Shown: piece after piece, positions 51,081-59,549 of the stretch
Layout of the letters: each line of letters begins with the position of its first letter
How positions within the stretch are numbered: the stretch's first letter is position 1
Virus record (IMG/VR): IMGVR_UViG_3300044770_000015
Strand: one strand, 5' to 3'
Source: a virus
Length of the DNA stretch: 64,000 bases
Program-made: the position numbers and the translations under genes
The notes under the pieces: generated by a model
Told to the model about the DNA's origin: nothing
Seen by the model: only the letters and a program-made list of their open reading frames with translations
Database searches by the model: none

Positions 51081-52189
51081 CTGATTTGCTCCTTTTCTCT
51101 TCCTGTAAGACCGTCTCCGGTCATTATCGTCATCGAATCGAGAATGTTTGCCCAATCCGAACCATCGTCCATGGCGATACATGCTGCCTGTAGCGGGCAC
51201 ATATTGTCACAGTCTTTGGTAGCGTTCGGATACATAGCGAGATTGGGATTGGCTTCATCTTCCAGCTCCAGGAGAACCTTCTGCTCGAAGGACAAGAGCT
51301 GCATCTCATTGCGCTCGATCCGGTGGCGAACAATGAATCTGTCACGATCTTCGTCCTCCGACATACGGATCTTGTTCAGGGCAATGATGTTCTCGTTTGG
51401 GGCTGTGTCAAGATTTCCGTACATGTCCACGAGCAGTCGAGCATAGAGTGCGGCGGAAGTCGCCTGGCGCACGTCAGTAGATACTCTTCCTGTGGCCAGT
51501 ACTTTAGGTAATACAGGCATTCGTTTCGCAAACTGTTGGTACACCACGCCTGCAACGTGTACTCCGTAGAGACGCCATGCGGCCCAACAATATGCCGTAA
51601 CCTGCTCGTCAACATCGAGATGTAGTACGCGGATTTGCTTGGCGGTCTTGTACTCCACAATCCAAAGACGGCCGAAGTCGTCAACAATGACCCGGTCAAG
51701 TGTGAAGCCGTAAAGAACTCTTCGCCCATCCGCTGTGCGTACCCCAAGATCAATTGCTCCATTAACCTCGACCTGAGGTACTCCTCTAAGTTCATACGTA
51801 TCGAGTGCTGGTCTGCATGATAGCCACTCCTCCGCGTAATACGTCATCAGCACGATGCCAAGCCGAAGATGCTCCTGCCATGTAGGAGGTAACATTTCTG
51901 CTGCTCGGGAGGCTTCGACGAACGCTATGAACGCTTTGGCCGGATGGCCGTAGAGGTTGAGACCGTGGTAATCTTCGAGGGCGTAGTGTATGCCGGTACC
52001 AAACCACAAGTAGTCGGCGTTCTCTTGGAGCCGCCTCCCTTGACGGAGGTGAGACATCCACCCCCAGAGCCTACGACACCTCTTGAATAATATCCGATCA
52101 CTCGTCCGTAACATGAACGGTGACAAGTCCTCTTCGAGGTGAACTCTGAGGTGCTCCAGGCTGACTGCCTGGACTGGTACATCTAGCAC
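50930..52189 (-). CDS. PD-(D/E)XK (RecB/Cas4-like) exonuclease
   Basis: 419 aa. LWIVEYKTAKQ motif and C-terminal CDNMCPLQAAC cysteines. GTG start with GGAGGAAG upstream. Confidence 0.7.
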   Translation of the reverse strand: MLDVPVQAVSLEHLRVHLEEDLSPFMLRTSDRILFKRCRRLWGWMSHLRQGRRLQENADYLWFGTGIHYALEDYHGLNLYGHPAKAFIAFVEASRAAEMLPPTWQEHLRLGIVLMTYYAEEWLSCRPALDTYELRGVPQVEVNGAIDLGVRTADGRRVLYGFTLDRVIVDDFGRLWIVEYKTAKQIRVLHLDVDEQVTAYCWAAWRLYGVHVAGVVYQQFAKRMPVLPKVLATGRVSTDVRQATSAALYARLLVDMYGNLDTAPNENIIALNKIRMSEDEDRDRFIVRHRIERNEMQLLSFEQKVLLELEDEANPNLAMYPNATKDCDNMCPLQAACIAMDDGSDWANILDSMTIMTGDGLTGREKEQIRWRNLLPEPNEVQLPLEGVQYSQLLSNLEPVSEDSQLSPEEAFSQEIGLQ

Positions 52190-52264
52190 TGAACTTCCTC
52201 CGCTGGTTGATTGCCTTGTGTGGCCGGGTGAGAGTAGCTCGAACCCTTAATTCATCCTATATCC

Positions 52265-52297
52265 CTATTATATAGGCTCAATAAGGGGGTCTACAAG
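52265..52297 (-). promoter_or_regulatory. class I promoter
   Basis: Minus strand: CTTGT-AGACCCCCTTATTGAG-CCTATATAATAG-GGATATA. The -35 overlaps the SNF2 stop codon. Confidence 0.6.
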
Positions 52298-53709
52298 TAG
52301 TTGACCATAGGAATTTGATGGGCGTGAACCTTGCCGTATCCTGCGAGGAACTCTCGGACGTTAATCACCTTACCATCTACTACCTCCATTACTTGATGGT
52401 AGTCCGAGCCTTCTGGTACTATGTATCGAACCATACAGGGAGTCTGTAGGATTGTGTCGAACCTGCGAAGACGCCCTTCAGCTTGGTAGTTATTATTCGG
52501 GTCCCAATCGAACCCTAGCATATATGCTGTATCCGTTGTATCCAGATCAAAACTTTGCGCAAAGGCGATCGTGCATAGTGCTACTCCTTGACTCTGCTTC
52601 CATGCCCGGACACGTTCGTTAATCTCGTCCGGCCGCATCCCACCGCGGAACACGAAGATTCTGTCCTCAGGGTACTTATCGTCAATAAGAGCCTGCCGCA
52701 ACACATCAAGCCCTTCGCGGAAGGGGCAGAATATAACAGTATGGCGATCGTCCGAGATAGTGTTGACCATCCAATCGATCACACCGCCATATTCGGCTGA
52801 GGGCATCAGGATCTTAGGACTAATCGCCATCTGCAACTTGCGGGTCAGAAGAGCAAGGGAGTTGGGTGTTACTACCCGATCTGGACCAAGCTCGACGATC
52901 ATCTCGGCGTCGAGCTCCCTAATGAGCTTGGTTTGTTGCTTGCCCATGAGGATCTCTTCCACGCGCCTTATGACAGGATTGGAGGAGGCAAACTCTCCTT
53001 TGCGGAACTGAGCTCCTACCTCAGGCCACGTTCTAGCTCTGTAGTACCGCTCGTGGAGCATCGCTCGGAGGTTCTCGGCATTACGGACGCCGAATATCTC
53101 CGTGCCATATGTGGACTTCTCTACGTAGCACCAGGTATTGACGAATCGCCAATAGGATGAGAAGGTCTGGCGATTCACGAGATTGAGCACAGGGAAACAA
53201 TCCTGAGGACCTCGTGAAGCCCAAGTCGCGGAGAGTCCAAGATAGTGTTCGAACTCTAGTCGCTTGAACTGCTCCCATATCTTATTCCGCGTCCGCATCA
53301 TCCGATGCAATTCATCGTTGACCAGCAGATCGAAGTAGGGTTTCCCTCTGAGAACAGTCTTCATGCCATAGAGGAAGGTCATGTATGTACACATGTACAC
53401 ACCTTCCTTAACAGCTAGAGCCTCGGCCCAAAGAGGATCGCTCTTACCCTGGATGAACTTAGGTTCGACTCCTCCCCATCGAGTCATAACCTTGTACCAA
53501 GTGGCCATTGACCCTAAGGTACCACAGATGAGGGCCTTGTTGGCTTTAGGCCACTTCGACCACGCTAGAAGACTAATGAAGGTCTTACCGAGACCAGTCT
53601 GATGTCCCAACACGACAGAGCTATTGCGAGCAGCAAAGTCGGCATCCTCCTTCTGGAACGGGACAGCCGACTCCCATGCTGCGGAGATGTTAAGATCTTG
53701 CAGGATCAT
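52291..53709 (-). CDS. SNF2-family helicase
   Basis: 472 aa. Motif I LGHQTGLGKTFISL, motif II VNDELHRM, and C-terminal helicase motifs (QAEGRLRR). Confidence 0.85.
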   Translation of the reverse strand: MILQDLNISAAWESAVPFQKEDADFAARNSSVVLGHQTGLGKTFISLLAWSKWPKANKALICGTLGSMATWYKVMTRWGGVEPKFIQGKSDPLWAEALAVKEGVYMCTYMTFLYGMKTVLRGKPYFDLLVNDELHRMMRTRNKIWEQFKRLEFEHYLGLSATWASRGPQDCFPVLNLVNRQTFSSYWRFVNTWCYVEKSTYGTEIFGVRNAENLRAMLHERYYRARTWPEVGAQFRKGEFASSNPVIRRVEEILMGKQQTKLIRELDAEMIVELGPDRVVTPNSLALLTRKLQMAISPKILMPSAEYGGVIDWMVNTISDDRHTVIFCPFREGLDVLRQALIDDKYPEDRIFVFRGGMRPDEINERVRAWKQSQGVALCTIAFAQSFDLDTTDTAYMLGFDWDPNNNYQAEGRLRRFDTILQTPCMVRYIVPEGSDYHQVMEVVDGKVINVREFLAGYGKVHAHQIPMVNYL

Positions 53710-53878
53710 CCAGGTTCTCTACCTTGGCATCCCATTTGCAGGCCTCGAAGAGATCCGTCAAGAGCTGATTGTTAGCTGTGTAGCTCCTTCGAGACCGATC
53801 CGCGTACCACGCTCTTGCAGCTACAAGTAGACGCTCCTCAGCTTGCCTCTTCAAGTCAGTCCTTTGTCTGTTGGCCAT
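53690..53878 (-). CDS. hypothetical protein
   Basis: 62-aa ORF overlapping the SNF2 start by 20 nt. Confidence 0.4.
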   Translation of the reverse strand: MANRQRTDLKRQAEERLLVAARAWYADRSRRSYTANNQLLTDLFEACKWDAKVENLDDPARS

Positions 53879-54495
53879 TTGCCCTCCCTTACGTACTTTG
53901 CTCTCATCGCTTGGTACGATCCTTTGAAGAACTCTTCCGCAACCTGGGCAGCCGGAACCAACTCCCCAGTGCTAGGATGAGGGAGGAATATCGAGTTGCG
54001 CTTATTGCGGGCTTGATACTTAGCCGTCTGCCAGGAAACGTTTCCGGGTTCATAATTACCATTAACCTCTTTCCGATCAAGGCTGTGATCCTTGGAGGGG
54101 CGTTTTCCAATGTAGGTGAGAAACGCTTCGAATCCGGACTTAGGATCAGACCATTCAGCACAAACGCGGATACCTCGACCACCATACTGGGGGTATCCAA
54201 CGTGATTCTGTACATTGCATCGCCTAAGCATGGAGTTCCAGATGTGGTACTCTTGCGGATGAAGAGTTGGCAGTCCACGATTTTTGCAACCACAGTGACG
54301 CTTGGGATTGTTTGTGTGGAGGAGATAGTCATGTCGTACTCCTACTTCGACTCCACAAGCACACTTGCAGAGCCACATACGCTTTCGGTTGTGCCGCTGG
54401 GGCAAAAGACGGAGGACAGTCAAGTCCCCAAAGACCTGGTCTTTGAGGTTAAACATCCCTCCGTGACCTTTGAGCCTCTGGAGACTTGTTGCCAC
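53851..54495 (-). CDS. free-standing HNH-type homing endonuclease-like protein
   Basis: 214 aa. WLCKCACG...HCGC, YPQYGGRGIRVCAEW, SLDRKEVNGNYEPGNVSWQTAKYQARNKR. Confidence 0.65.
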   Translation of the reverse strand: MATSLQRLKGHGGMFNLKDQVFGDLTVLRLLPQRHNRKRMWLCKCACGVEVGVRHDYLLHTNNPKRHCGCKNRGLPTLHPQEYHIWNSMLRRCNVQNHVGYPQYGGRGIRVCAEWSDPKSGFEAFLTYIGKRPSKDHSLDRKEVNGNYEPGNVSWQTAKYQARNKRNSIFLPHPSTGELVPAAQVAEEFFKGSYQAMRAKYVREGKWPTDKGLT

Positions 54496-54501
54496 CGCGA
54501 G

Positions 54502-55011
54502 TTACCTCCTGCGCCGTTGGCTACGACGCTCTCTTTGGAACACATCCTTGATGGTGTATTGCTTCGGCACTTCCTTCTTGAAGAGCTCCTGCAGATGCTC
54601 CACCAGCTTGACGACATCGTGATCCAGATAGCTTTCGATGTCGGGATCGACACGCCCACGCGGAGGGCGATCATCGATCAACGTACCATAATGGAGTGCA
54701 TCGATCATGATCGCTGCACAGCAGCGGATATACCCGAGGTGCGAGATGAGGGTCTTGGAGTCCACATGATCGCCAGCCTGGAGTTTCAAACCATGGCGCA
54801 TCAACGCGGAATAGTACACGGACATCTTGACTGGTTTCATCCTCCAGTTGAAGCGGCCGTACTTCAGTGCCCCTTCGAGGAACGCCAGCGCCTCTGCGAT
54901 GATCGCCGTCTCCGGTACGAGGGAGAGGTCGAGCTTGCTTTGCGCAACGAGATCCTTCGGGTTGACGGCTCTGAAGTACGGGTCTTTGGGCTTGAGTTTC
55001 TTGACTGTCAT
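54502..55011 (-). CDS. dATP/dGTP diphosphohydrolase-like protein (DUF5664-type)
   Basis: I place the start at ATG 55011, preceded by GGAGGAAAG; it overlaps the RuvC stop as ATGA. LSLVPETAIIAEALAFLEGALKYGRFNWR matches what I recall of this family. Confidence 0.55.
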   Translation of the reverse strand: MTVKKLKPKDPYFRAVNPKDLVAQSKLDLSLVPETAIIAEALAFLEGALKYGRFNWRMKPVKMSVYYSALMRHGLKLQAGDHVDSKTLISHLGYIRCCAAIMIDALHYGTLIDDRPPRGRVDPDIESYLDHDVVKLVEHLQELFKKEVPKQYTIKDVFQRERRSQRRRR

Positions 55012-55511
55012 GACTTTCCTCCGGTAGTAGGAATATGCAGTTTTGCAATGGTGAACAATAGGTAGTAACATGCATGTCTTATTGCGTCACGGGCGTGTTT
55101 CTGGTTTATTTGGTACACCCCCCATGCCTTAAGCTTGTCGTCAGTACAGAACCCTTTACCTTGCTGGGCAGTCTGCTTGACAAGTGGAAGCTGATCGAGA
55201 TTGTAGCGGCAAATGTACTCCACAGCCCCAATGAGACGAGGGGTATGTAGACCTGCCCATGCATGGTCCTTGGTCTTCCAGCTGTACACTCGGTAGTCTT
55301 CTATGACTACAACAGCGTTGCTAGTCCGGAACATTGACAGATACTCGTACACAGTATACGCAGCATCAGGCATTAGCCCAGTCGAGAGTTGACGGGCATC
55401 AATAAGATCGGGTCCATCGAATACGCAGGCGCCTGTAGTCTCGCCTGGATCGAGCGCCAAAACCCTCAGGCGACTATCGCCTAGGGCCTCCTGTAGGAGG
55501 TTGTTGGCCAT
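55008..55511 (-). CDS. RuvC-like Holliday junction resolvase
   Basis: LRVLALDPGETTGA, VVVIEDYRVY, KHARDAIRHA. I prefer ATG 55511; the track's GTG 55562 would read through the terminator hairpin. Confidence 0.75.
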   Translation of the reverse strand: MANNLLQEALGDSRLRVLALDPGETTGACVFDGPDLIDARQLSTGLMPDAAYTVYEYLSMFRTSNAVVVIEDYRVYSWKTKDHAWAGLHTPRLIGAVEYICRYNLDQLPLVKQTAQQGKGFCTDDKLKAWGVYQINQKHARDAIRHACYYLLFTIAKLHIPTTGGKS

Positions 55512-55512
55512 A

Positions 55513-55559
55513 TTAAAAAGCCTGCGGGGTGGAGCTAGGTGGAGATCTCCACCCCGCAG
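55513..55559 (-). terminator. strong rho-independent terminator after HTH paralog 3
   Basis: Perfect 13-bp stem, ctgcggggtggag (55522-34) with ctccaccccgcag (55547-59). On the minus strand it is followed by GCTTTTTAAT. Confidence 0.8.
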
Positions 55560-55604
55560 CACCCTGGGTCAGAGGAACCCAGGGACCGGAGAAACGACGA
55601 CGAC

Positions 55605-55883
55605 TTACTTCGCAGCCGGCGCAGCGGCGGCGGCTTCCTTCTTGGCCTTGGTGGCCGCGAACACGATCTGGTACGGGACGCCGAGTTCCTTGGCGATCTC
55701 GCCGCGCTTCGCACCTTCCGCGAAACGACGCTTGATGTAGTCGACCCGACGCTCGCCGGAATCCAGAACGATCGCGGCGCCGACCTTGTTGGTGGCAGGT
55801 GCGACCAACGGGGCCGGCGCTGCTACCGGGGCGGGGGCGGGGGCTGCGGCTTTCGGGGCTTGCTTCTGCGGTGCTTGTGCCAT
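55605..55883 (-). CDS. small HTH DNA-binding protein, paralog 3, with A/P/K-rich tails
   Basis: I place the start at ATG 55883, preceded by AAGGAG. RRVDYIKRRFAEGAKRGEIAKELGVPYQIVFAATKAKKEAAAAAPAAK. Confidence 0.75.
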   Translation of the reverse strand: MAQAPQKQAPKAAAPAPAPVAAPAPLVAPATNKVGAAIVLDSGERRVDYIKRRFAEGAKRGEIAKELGVPYQIVFAATKAKKEAAAAAPAAK

Positions 55884-55939
55884 GACATGCTCCTTCACTG
55901 GTTGAGGTTGTATATCGGCTTCTAATGAAGTCGATGCTT

Positions 55940-55972
55940 AGATTATATAGCATCGAGTGTAGTCCTCGCAAC
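55940..55972 (-). promoter_or_regulatory. class I promoter
   Basis: Minus strand: CCATCAAAATCCA-GTTGC-GAGGACTACACTCGAT-GCTATATAATCT. Confidence 0.6.
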
Positions 55973-55995
55973 TGGATTTTGATGGTACCCAAAGT

Positions 55996-58458
55996 TCATT
56001 TGACGGGCGTGAGACGGTAGCCGTCTCGATTAGCGTATTTACCCGGCATCTCCATGAAACCCGCTACGGTCTCGACCATATATTTGTGCGATTTGACATA
56101 CCGAGAGAGCCTCCGCGCATTCGTGAGGGTCTGATTGTCCAAGAAGTCCTCGCGACTCTCGGCCCAAGCAGCGATGTCCTGTAGGGTGAAGACCTTCTTC
56201 GGATCTTTCTGGAACTGACCGATGTACTCCTGGTTGAACTGCTTCAGACCTTCCATCGTCCAATCGTATTCACTGACCTGAGTCTCGGCCACTCCAGCAA
56301 GGGTCTGCGAGACCAACTCAGCATCAGGTACGCCGATAATGTTCCCTATGAGCCTGAACATCTGCTCGAAGTGCGCCAACCGATGGCCCGACTTGTAATT
56401 AGGGTTCCACCCACCGCTATTAGCCCGACGAAAGAACAGGTGGAGAACAGCTAGCTGTTGAGCGAGCCATCCTACACGCCCACCAAAGGCTTTCAGAGCC
56501 ATGCCAGCCCAGTCAGAGGAATGATCCTTACCTACTGCCTGGACCTCTACGATTAAGCTGCGCTGAAGGATGTCCGCGCTTAGGAATGGTTGTTGGATTG
56601 CGGTCATTGCGAACGTAACCCTTACTGGGAGGCGGAAGTTGTCCGACGTGGTGAAGAGCTTGCGCATCTCGACGAATGGTGCTGGCTCGGTTACGATTCG
56701 GCAGATCTCGTCCGAAAGCCGTTGTCGCAGTTCCTTGTTCACCATATGGACATTGTCCACACAGTGCAAGCCATCGCCTGAGGTTATTGATGCATACCAA
56801 TCCCGAACGTCTGTCGGCTGGTTCCTTAGGGCTGGACGGCCGTTGAGGATCTGCAATCGGAGACTGTACAAACTGGATTTCCCTGAGCCTGGTTCGCCAA
56901 CCATTAGCTCCACTGGTAACTGAGTTCCGTTCCACCGCAATAACCATGGCGACATATAGTTCAAGCATGAGAGCACCTTCGCGTCATTATCACGGGAGAA
57001 CTTCATCTGGGCTAGTGCCTTAGGCCAATAGAGCTCCATGTAGGGAGGCTTCTTGAGGAGCCACGCAATCTGGCGCTTAACTTCCTGCAGGAGGGCACCT
57101 CGGTCTATAGGTTCTACTTGGTCAGCCTTGAAGAGGACCCCTTCTGAGCCATTCTCGCAAATTGTGATAGGGTTAGTTGCATCACCTGACACGACTGCGA
57201 AATGGCCATCATCGAGCTGGTAAGCAATTCGATTGTCAGACAACAGTGCGAGAACGCTTCGGGGTTCAACCTGTGAGACTGGTTCTTCACCTGTGAATCC
57301 AGCTGCGAGCCATTGGACGAGCTTGAGGTCGGCTTGTCCGATGTCATAATTGCGGTAGAGGAACTCCCCGAACTTGGTTTCATGTAGAGGCTCCGAATGG
57401 TGTTGCATTAAGTTGACGGACATTAATGCCTTTGTCCGACTATCGAAGAAGTGCGGCGAGTTCGTGCCTTTCTCTATCATGCGGATACCATGGCGATCCA
57501 TATCTGTCAGGATCATCAAACTGAGCTCTTTGGCTTCCGCGCGATCCAGTTGGCCGCTCATCCGCTTGTTGACGAGCGCCTTGAGATTGGGGTGTGCAGG
57601 GAAAGCTGACTTGGCAGCCATCACCTGTTCTAGCAACTGATCGAGAGCTTCCGGTCCATGTTGTGTCAGAAAGTCATCCAATCCCAATTTCTTCCCGGGA
57701 TTAGCCGGTAGCTTAAGCTGGCGAATCTTGTTCGTCGGGATGCCATGGATCCTAAACTCGAACGCCATCTCGGCACAAGCTGCCTCGACATCCGTGTTGA
57801 TAGGGTTATCGGTGTCAAACGCAAAGATAACCTGCATGTGGTTCTCGAGGACGAACCGCATAAGTCCTTCAAGGCCTGCGGCTAAGAAGGCTCTCCGATC
57901 ACTAGTGGGAGGTAAAGTGGTACCAGTCGCCATCTTGGCAACAATCTGGTTGTCTCGGTTCTTGAGGAGAGTTGTCCCTTCTGGGAGGATTACTGTCCTA
58001 GTACGCCAGTTGTATACACCACCAACAGCACATGTGGGAAAGCCATCATGACATCCCTTTGCCGCCTTCTTCTCGCCCTCTGTCACTATGACAGCAGCAG
58101 GGTACCCATTGATCTTTGTCCGACCTTTGTCTTGAGCTGCATTCTTGAGTAGGGCAGCGAAGGTCTTAGGGAAGTATATCCACGTACCGGAGTTCTGGGG
58201 CTGTAGGTATCGAGCTCCCTTAGGAAGGGGATTGAAGAGCCTGACCCTATAGAATGGAGCCCTATGCCCATTGAGGTCGTAGTAGGGGATCACATACCCT
58301 GGAGTCCCGACACCGGGGTTATCTAAGTAGAGGTGTGGTCTGATCCCTACTGCAGCTAGCTCAGTTTCCTGGGCCAGATAGGCATCCAGGTCAACAGCTT
58401 TGAGGCCGCTCCTACCTAGATCCTCTGCTAGGAGCTGCTCTGAAGTGACTACTTGCAC
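55996..58458 (-). CDS. bifunctional primase-helicase (TOPRIM + SF3/D5-like NTPase)
   Basis: 820 aa. TOPRIM: AVIVTEGEKKA, FAFDTDNP. Walker A: MVGEPGSGKSS. GTG start with GGAGGG upstream. Confidence 0.8.
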   Translation of the reverse strand: MQVVTSEQLLAEDLGRSGLKAVDLDAYLAQETELAAVGIRPHLYLDNPGVGTPGYVIPYYDLNGHRAPFYRVRLFNPLPKGARYLQPQNSGTWIYFPKTFAALLKNAAQDKGRTKINGYPAAVIVTEGEKKAAKGCHDGFPTCAVGGVYNWRTRTVILPEGTTLLKNRDNQIVAKMATGTTLPPTSDRRAFLAAGLEGLMRFVLENHMQVIFAFDTDNPINTDVEAACAEMAFEFRIHGIPTNKIRQLKLPANPGKKLGLDDFLTQHGPEALDQLLEQVMAAKSAFPAHPNLKALVNKRMSGQLDRAEAKELSLMILTDMDRHGIRMIEKGTNSPHFFDSRTKALMSVNLMQHHSEPLHETKFGEFLYRNYDIGQADLKLVQWLAAGFTGEEPVSQVEPRSVLALLSDNRIAYQLDDGHFAVVSGDATNPITICENGSEGVLFKADQVEPIDRGALLQEVKRQIAWLLKKPPYMELYWPKALAQMKFSRDNDAKVLSCLNYMSPWLLRWNGTQLPVELMVGEPGSGKSSLYSLRLQILNGRPALRNQPTDVRDWYASITSGDGLHCVDNVHMVNKELRQRLSDEICRIVTEPAPFVEMRKLFTTSDNFRLPVRVTFAMTAIQQPFLSADILQRSLIVEVQAVGKDHSSDWAGMALKAFGGRVGWLAQQLAVLHLFFRRANSGGWNPNYKSGHRLAHFEQMFRLIGNIIGVPDAELVSQTLAGVAETQVSEYDWTMEGLKQFNQEYIGQFQKDPKKVFTLQDIAAWAESREDFLDNQTLTNARRLSRYVKSHKYMVETVAGFMEMPGKYANRDGYRLTPVK

Positions 58459-58537
58459 TTGAACTCGCCCTCCGGTAGAGCGGCACTGAAGTCATAGCCA
58501 GGAACTTGCCGGCACAAATAGACTCGCAGCGCTAATG

Positions 58538-58570
58538 CTATTATATAGCGGTCCAAAGGGAACAATCAAC
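58538..58570 (-). promoter_or_regulatory. class I promoter (first of the leftward early region)
   Basis: Minus strand: GTTGA-TTGTTCCCTTTGGACC-GCTATATAATAG. It lies 19 nt after the endolysin stop. Confidence 0.6.
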
Positions 58571-58588
58571 GGGAACTTGATGTTACTG

Positions 58589-59242
58589 CTAGTCCCCTTC
58601 TTGTTCGGTCACTCCCAAGACCTCTTTGGCTTTGCGCCAGAGGTCGAGTCGGTCGTCTAGACCTCGGAGCCCGCGATTGATCCTACGGGTGAGATTTCGG
58701 AACTCTGCCGCGGAGTTGCGATCGGCATAGTCGTTCAGACCATTCTCATCCCAATAGTCGAAAGCCGTTCGGACAGCCCACTCAGGCTCCAAGAGGGCGT
58801 CGGGGTTCTCGATGAAGTACTCCGGCATAGACAGAAGACGGAGCCCTCGACGGCGATAGTTGGCCTTGAGAGTAACCTGAATCAGCCCCCGCCCTCTATA
58901 TCGCCAACCGTCTCCCGAGTCTTCATCCCCGTTGCCACCTTTATTGGCATACACCCGATTGGCGATCTTCTGGGGCTTGTATGCGAACTCCTTGGCGGTC
59001 TCGTGGTTGAAGAAGGTCGGGAAGGTTCGGATGAGACCATTGGCCGAATAGTTCAGATTCTCTTCAGTGCGGGTTAGTCTCGTACTTTCATGACCTACCT
59101 GCGAGATGAAGCCGGCCTGTCTCAGTGGCGTATTGGTCTCGAAGTGCTCGAAGGCCTCGTTCAAATACTCTACGTACTTATCGACTACATGCTGGCACTC
59201 CGGCATGATCTCGATGAACTGTTCTCTAGTGACTACACTCAT
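58589..59242 (-). CDS. endolysin, glycoside hydrolase family 19 type
   Basis: 217 aa. AGFISQVGHESTRL...GDGWRYRGRGLIQVTLKANY. Confidence 0.8.
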   Translation of the reverse strand: MSVVTREQFIEIMPECQHVVDKYVEYLNEAFEHFETNTPLRQAGFISQVGHESTRLTRTEENLNYSANGLIRTFPTFFNHETAKEFAYKPQKIANRVYANKGGNGDEDSGDGWRYRGRGLIQVTLKANYRRRGLRLLSMPEYFIENPDALLEPEWAVRTAFDYWDENGLNDYADRNSAAEFRNLTRRINRGLRGLDDRLDLWRKAKEVLGVTEQEGD

Positions 59243-59306
59243 GACTGTGCTCCTTATGCAGTTACGGACGGGCTAAGTTACGGCTCAGCCCTACCGCGGG
59301 TTACGA

Positions 59307-59549
59307 CTACGACGTTTCTTGTGCGAGCTTTGCTGCAGCCAGCTTGGCGACCTGTATGGCCTCCTTTACGTCGCCTTCGGACATCAGGGTATCGACATCC
59401 GCATCCGTGACCTGTGTGCCTTCAGCCGCACGCTTGGCCTGGAGCTCCGATAGCTTGGTCATCACCAAACTGCTGGCGTTGATCAGCTCGATGGCCAGAT
59501 TGAGACCCTGGAACAGTTTCGCGCCTACTACGATTGCGCCTGCGCTCAT
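59307..59549 (-). CDS. hypothetical lysis-cassette protein
   Basis: 80 aa with an N-terminal hydrophobic segment followed by a helical region. ATGA-coupled. Confidence 0.5.
   Translation of the reverse strand: MSAGAIVVGAKLFQGLNLAIELINASSLVMTKLSELQAKRAAEGTQVTDADVDTLMSEGDVKEAIQVAKLAAAKLAQETS

Noticed and set aside
50001-51200. The 399-aa version of the ATPase ORF, and the alternative start at 50855.
   Set aside because: The extra 40 N-terminal residues have no SD and extend the overlap with the exonuclease to 271 nt. ATG 51080 has a strong SD. ATG 50855 has none, though it would remove the overlap.
53815-55065. 416-aa plus-strand ORF, the longest unexplained ORF in the window, antisense to the HNH and dNTP-hydrolase genes.
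   Set aside because: It begins with TTG and has no SD. It is exactly codon-antisense to two minus-strand genes that have strong family motifs and share one frame, so few antisense stops are expected. It has no recognisable motifs of its own. I treat it as a shadow ORF, though ribosome profiling could revisit this.
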